DNA of 37,953 nt from Craspedostauros australis (taxonomy: Eukaryota), in assembly GCA_030167865.1 (NCBI GenBank), contig JALAGF010004053.1:1-37953 (forward strand). Reading direction: 5' to 3'. Below, in pieces: positions 34,922 to 37,953 of this stretch; positions within the stretch are counted from its first letter, which is position 1, and each line of letters begins with the position of its first letter. A model generated the notes under the pieces. That model made no database searches and was not told the DNA's origin. It saw nothing but the letters and a program-made list of their open reading frames with translations. The translations under genes and the position numbers were made by a program.

Positions 34922-37664
34922 TCATGTTGCGTTCGTGAAATTTTGCTCGGTTGATGCGTCATCCCCCTCTGGTGATACGCACGGTGCTTGTACTGTATGC
35001 GAAACTACAACAGGCGTAGGTTCTTCCAACGTTTCCACCGGTACCGCTTGCGCGATGGTTGCTGCGGCTTCTGGATCTTCTATTTGGGCTGTGCTGGACA
35101 CCGACGATGCGTTGGACTCCAAGACCCGCCCAGCGAAGTTGCAGTGCGCAAGCATTGTGCCTGCCGTCGCCGGGGCGACTGCCTCCTTTGGTTCTGCCTT
35201 TGGCGATGTCATTGCCAACGAGGAAATACGACTGCCTCGCGGACGCAAGCTGCTTTGATCGTAAGCCTCGCCCGTTTGTGATGTTTGGGCCGTGCCGTGA
35301 CTTTCGTATCTTGGGGGTGCCTTGGACTTGCTATCCATGGCGCAGGGCGCTGAGCCCGACTGCTGCTTCGTCTGATCCGGGGATGTCCTGGACATGATCT
35401 GCTGCACTCTGGACCGACACCAGGAGAAGGTGCAGCATTGGGTGAATGCCAACGACCGTCGGAAGTGGATGAGGCAGTTGAGGAATCCTTGCAGCGGCGA
35501 GCATAAGGCGACGACGACAAACAGTGGGTAGGTTTTCACTGTTATGTCCACGAAGAAGGAGCTGAACAGAAGCGGGAAGGGGACATAAAATGCCATCAGG
35601 TACCAAAGGGATTGCCAGAACACCTGATTCGTCATCGAGTTGGATTGGCTTTGGAGCCTCCATCGCTGCGAAGCCCTGTCGAGTTTGTACACCGACAGAA
35701 ACGTGGCTGAGGTGGCCACAGTCGCACCGAGGATGCAAATAGTGGATGGCACGAAGTACAAGAACGTGGCCGGCAACCAGGTCTTTTCTTGCGGCGGACC
35801 GACCGTGTAGCAGAGATTCAGTAAGGGTTGGTAGAACGGGATGCCAGCAAGTGCCAGCCCCAAGCCCAAAGGTATAATGACAGCATGGCAGCATCTTCGG
35901 TACAATCGAAGCTGATCCTCGCTCCATGATTTCGTGACGATGAGCCAAAAGTGGACAGCCAACGCGAAATTGTACCAAAGCGATGCGAATGATAACTGCA
36001 GCATTGCGCCATTCACTTTGCAGGTCGCCTCCGTGCCACTGGAATTGAAGAGATCTTGTTCTTCCGGCATGAAGAAGTTGCTGAATATGTAATTGATGGA
36101 ACCGATCCAATCAAAGATACTGATGCCAAGCATGAGCTGGCCATAAGTCTTCACTCTCTTCTTGGGATCCCGCAGAATGTCGAAGATGATAAACGACGAT
36201 CCCTGTTTGGAGTTGATGGTGAAAAGTGTGATGGCGGTCGCGGTCATGGTCACGGTCCCGTGTGAACATCGCAGTTGCATATTGAGACGATAGAAGTAGA
36301 GATATCGTGAGAGTATTGATAGGGTGAATTATGACAGAGCCGATGTCAGCACGAACTGATGAGCGCTACAAATACACACTCCTTCTACCACAGCAACAAC
36401 TGCGCATTTGTTAGCACGCGAGTGAGACTCTCCCTGTCTCTCGGTTCAAACAATGCGACTGCGCGAGGGCGATACTTACAAAGAATGATAGCACCCCAGA
36501 GAAGATTTGAGATGCGGCTAATGCCGTCAGTCTTGGGTTGGGCTCGCATCCGCATGCATCCCGACGCAGCTGATTGGCGAAGCAGACGGTGGAATCCTGG
36601 TCAACTCCGAACTGCAAGAATGAGTCAAACAGCGCACAGGATACTTGTTCATTGGAGTAGGCCAAGGATGAGTCTTGTCTCGAACCCGCGCTGCTGTAAG
36701 CTTCAACGACGTCATTTGTGATCCATTCCAGGATCTTGTCTGGATATGGCACGCTCTGCCCACCTGGGCACAACGAGCACGAGTTTTGTCTCATGGGACA
36801 CCCGCAGTAACCGGATAGCAGCTGGCTGAGCCCACATTCCTCAGCTTCGACGTCCAAGAGTGCGGTCAACGTCTCCAGCTCGCCACAAGTCTCTGCTGGT
36901 ATTTCGATGCCTTCCAATTCAATGACCTTGTCCGGGAATCTCACCTTGCCGATGCCAGAGCACAGCAAGCACTTCTCGGTGCTGATCGTATCACTGCTTG
37001 TGTCCGTGTCAGCGCTATCATCACCATCGACGACGGTGTTGTTGCCGCCGCCCGTTGGCATGGCGGTCGGTGTTGGTGCGGCCGTGGCGCCCGGATCGAT
37101 TCCACCGCCGCCGCCACCGCCGCTGCATGCACAGTCTGGAACACTCTGGGCGATTGACTTGCACTCGTCAGAAGTTTGTTCGAATTGCTGCAGCGACGAG
37201 TCCACCAATCCACACGTTCGCTTCAGTTCGCTGGGTGCATCTTGCAGGAAGCTGGGGATCGTCTGTAACACATGATCGGCATTCACCAATGATGATGGCG
37301 ACGGACACAGAGAGCAGGCACCTTGGATCTTGGGACAGCCGCAGAGTCCACCCAGCGTGCGGACGCCACGGCAATCGTCAGTGCTTTCGTCAATGTAGCC
37401 GACCACGGCCTGCAGGTCGCCGCATGTTGCGAGAGAGAATGGCGTCTTCAGGTCGATTGGGAAATCTGGTTTCGTGATGGCATCGTCAGGGTTTGGGCAG
37501 ATGGTGCAGCCTGCGTTGGCCGGTGCGATGCTTGATGATGCCAAGATAATCGCAGCGAAGGCTATTGAGAGACGGAGCCTCTGTGCGGAGCGGCATGGTG
37601 GACACGCGGTTGCGCTTTTTTCGGATGATGATAGAGACGGCGGTGACGAGACGGATCGCGTCAT
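34922..37664 (-). CDS. 7-TM G-protein-coupled-receptor-like protein (cAMP-receptor/Git3-like TM bundle) with four extracellular Cys-rich repeats (821 aa, 2 exons)
   Basis: Exons 37664-36480 and 36202-34922. Intron 36479-36203 (GTAAGT...ACAG, phase 0) gives TM1 'QIFSGVLSFFGSSFIIFDIL'. Seven hydrophobic segments with 'TYGQLMLGISIFD', 'GTEATCKVNG', 'VFWQSLWYLMAFYV' and 'PLQGFLN'. N-terminal signal-like hydrophobic stretch. Confidence 0.85.
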
Positions 37665-37953
37665 CGTGATGTTTGAATCAGTGATGGCAAAGATGAACGC
37701 TGTTCAGCGTATGGAACTACACACCCAATTCGGTTTGCATAGAATAGGATAATAAAATGCAACAGCAAATATCTGCTGGCGGCAGAGTTGTTGATGTTGG
37801 TGTATCTGAACCAATCGTTGGTAATCGGCGGGATGGTGAGATGATGGCGACACTGTCTCTTTCCCTCCGCGCTGCCTCTTCCAGACAGGAGCAGTTGCCG
37901 ACTGGTGTGGTTGTGGGTCCTCCCGCAGGTCTGTTGTCCTCTCCCTGGTGCCA

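Overview
Eukaryotic nuclear DNA, most likely from a diatom or related photosynthetic stramenopile. The evidence is GT-AG introns of 189-931 bp, bipartite signal + 'AF/SF' plastid-targeting presequences, a cyanobacterial-type DUF3172 gene and a diatom-style Cys-repeat GPCR. I reconstructed 15 protein-coding genes by joining exons in frame: a Trs65/TRAPPC14-like TRAPP subunit, NAA30/MAK3, a PAPS/nucleotide-sugar transporter (SLC35B2-like), an AlkB-like 2OG-Fe(II) oxygenase, a heat-shock transcription factor, a plastid MsrB, a plastid DUF3172 protein, an unknown mitochondrial protein, S-adenosylhomocysteine hydrolase, a small Gly/Pro-rich protein, a plastid DEAD-box helicase with a UVR-like motif, RBBP4/MSI1, two tandem ankyrin-repeat genes and a 7-TM receptor with four Cys-rich extracellular repeats. 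I recognised no rRNA, tRNA, CRISPR array or intact mobile element. The most notable unexplained signals are an over-represented non-coding octamer (TACTCGTA/TACGAGTA, at least 12 exact copies, none in a called CDS), a 43-codon uORF whose stop overlaps the HSF start codon (ATGA), a perfect 15-bp tandem array in a divergent promoter, and the GPCR, helicase and small-protein architectures. All family assignments come from motif recognition by eye, not database searches.
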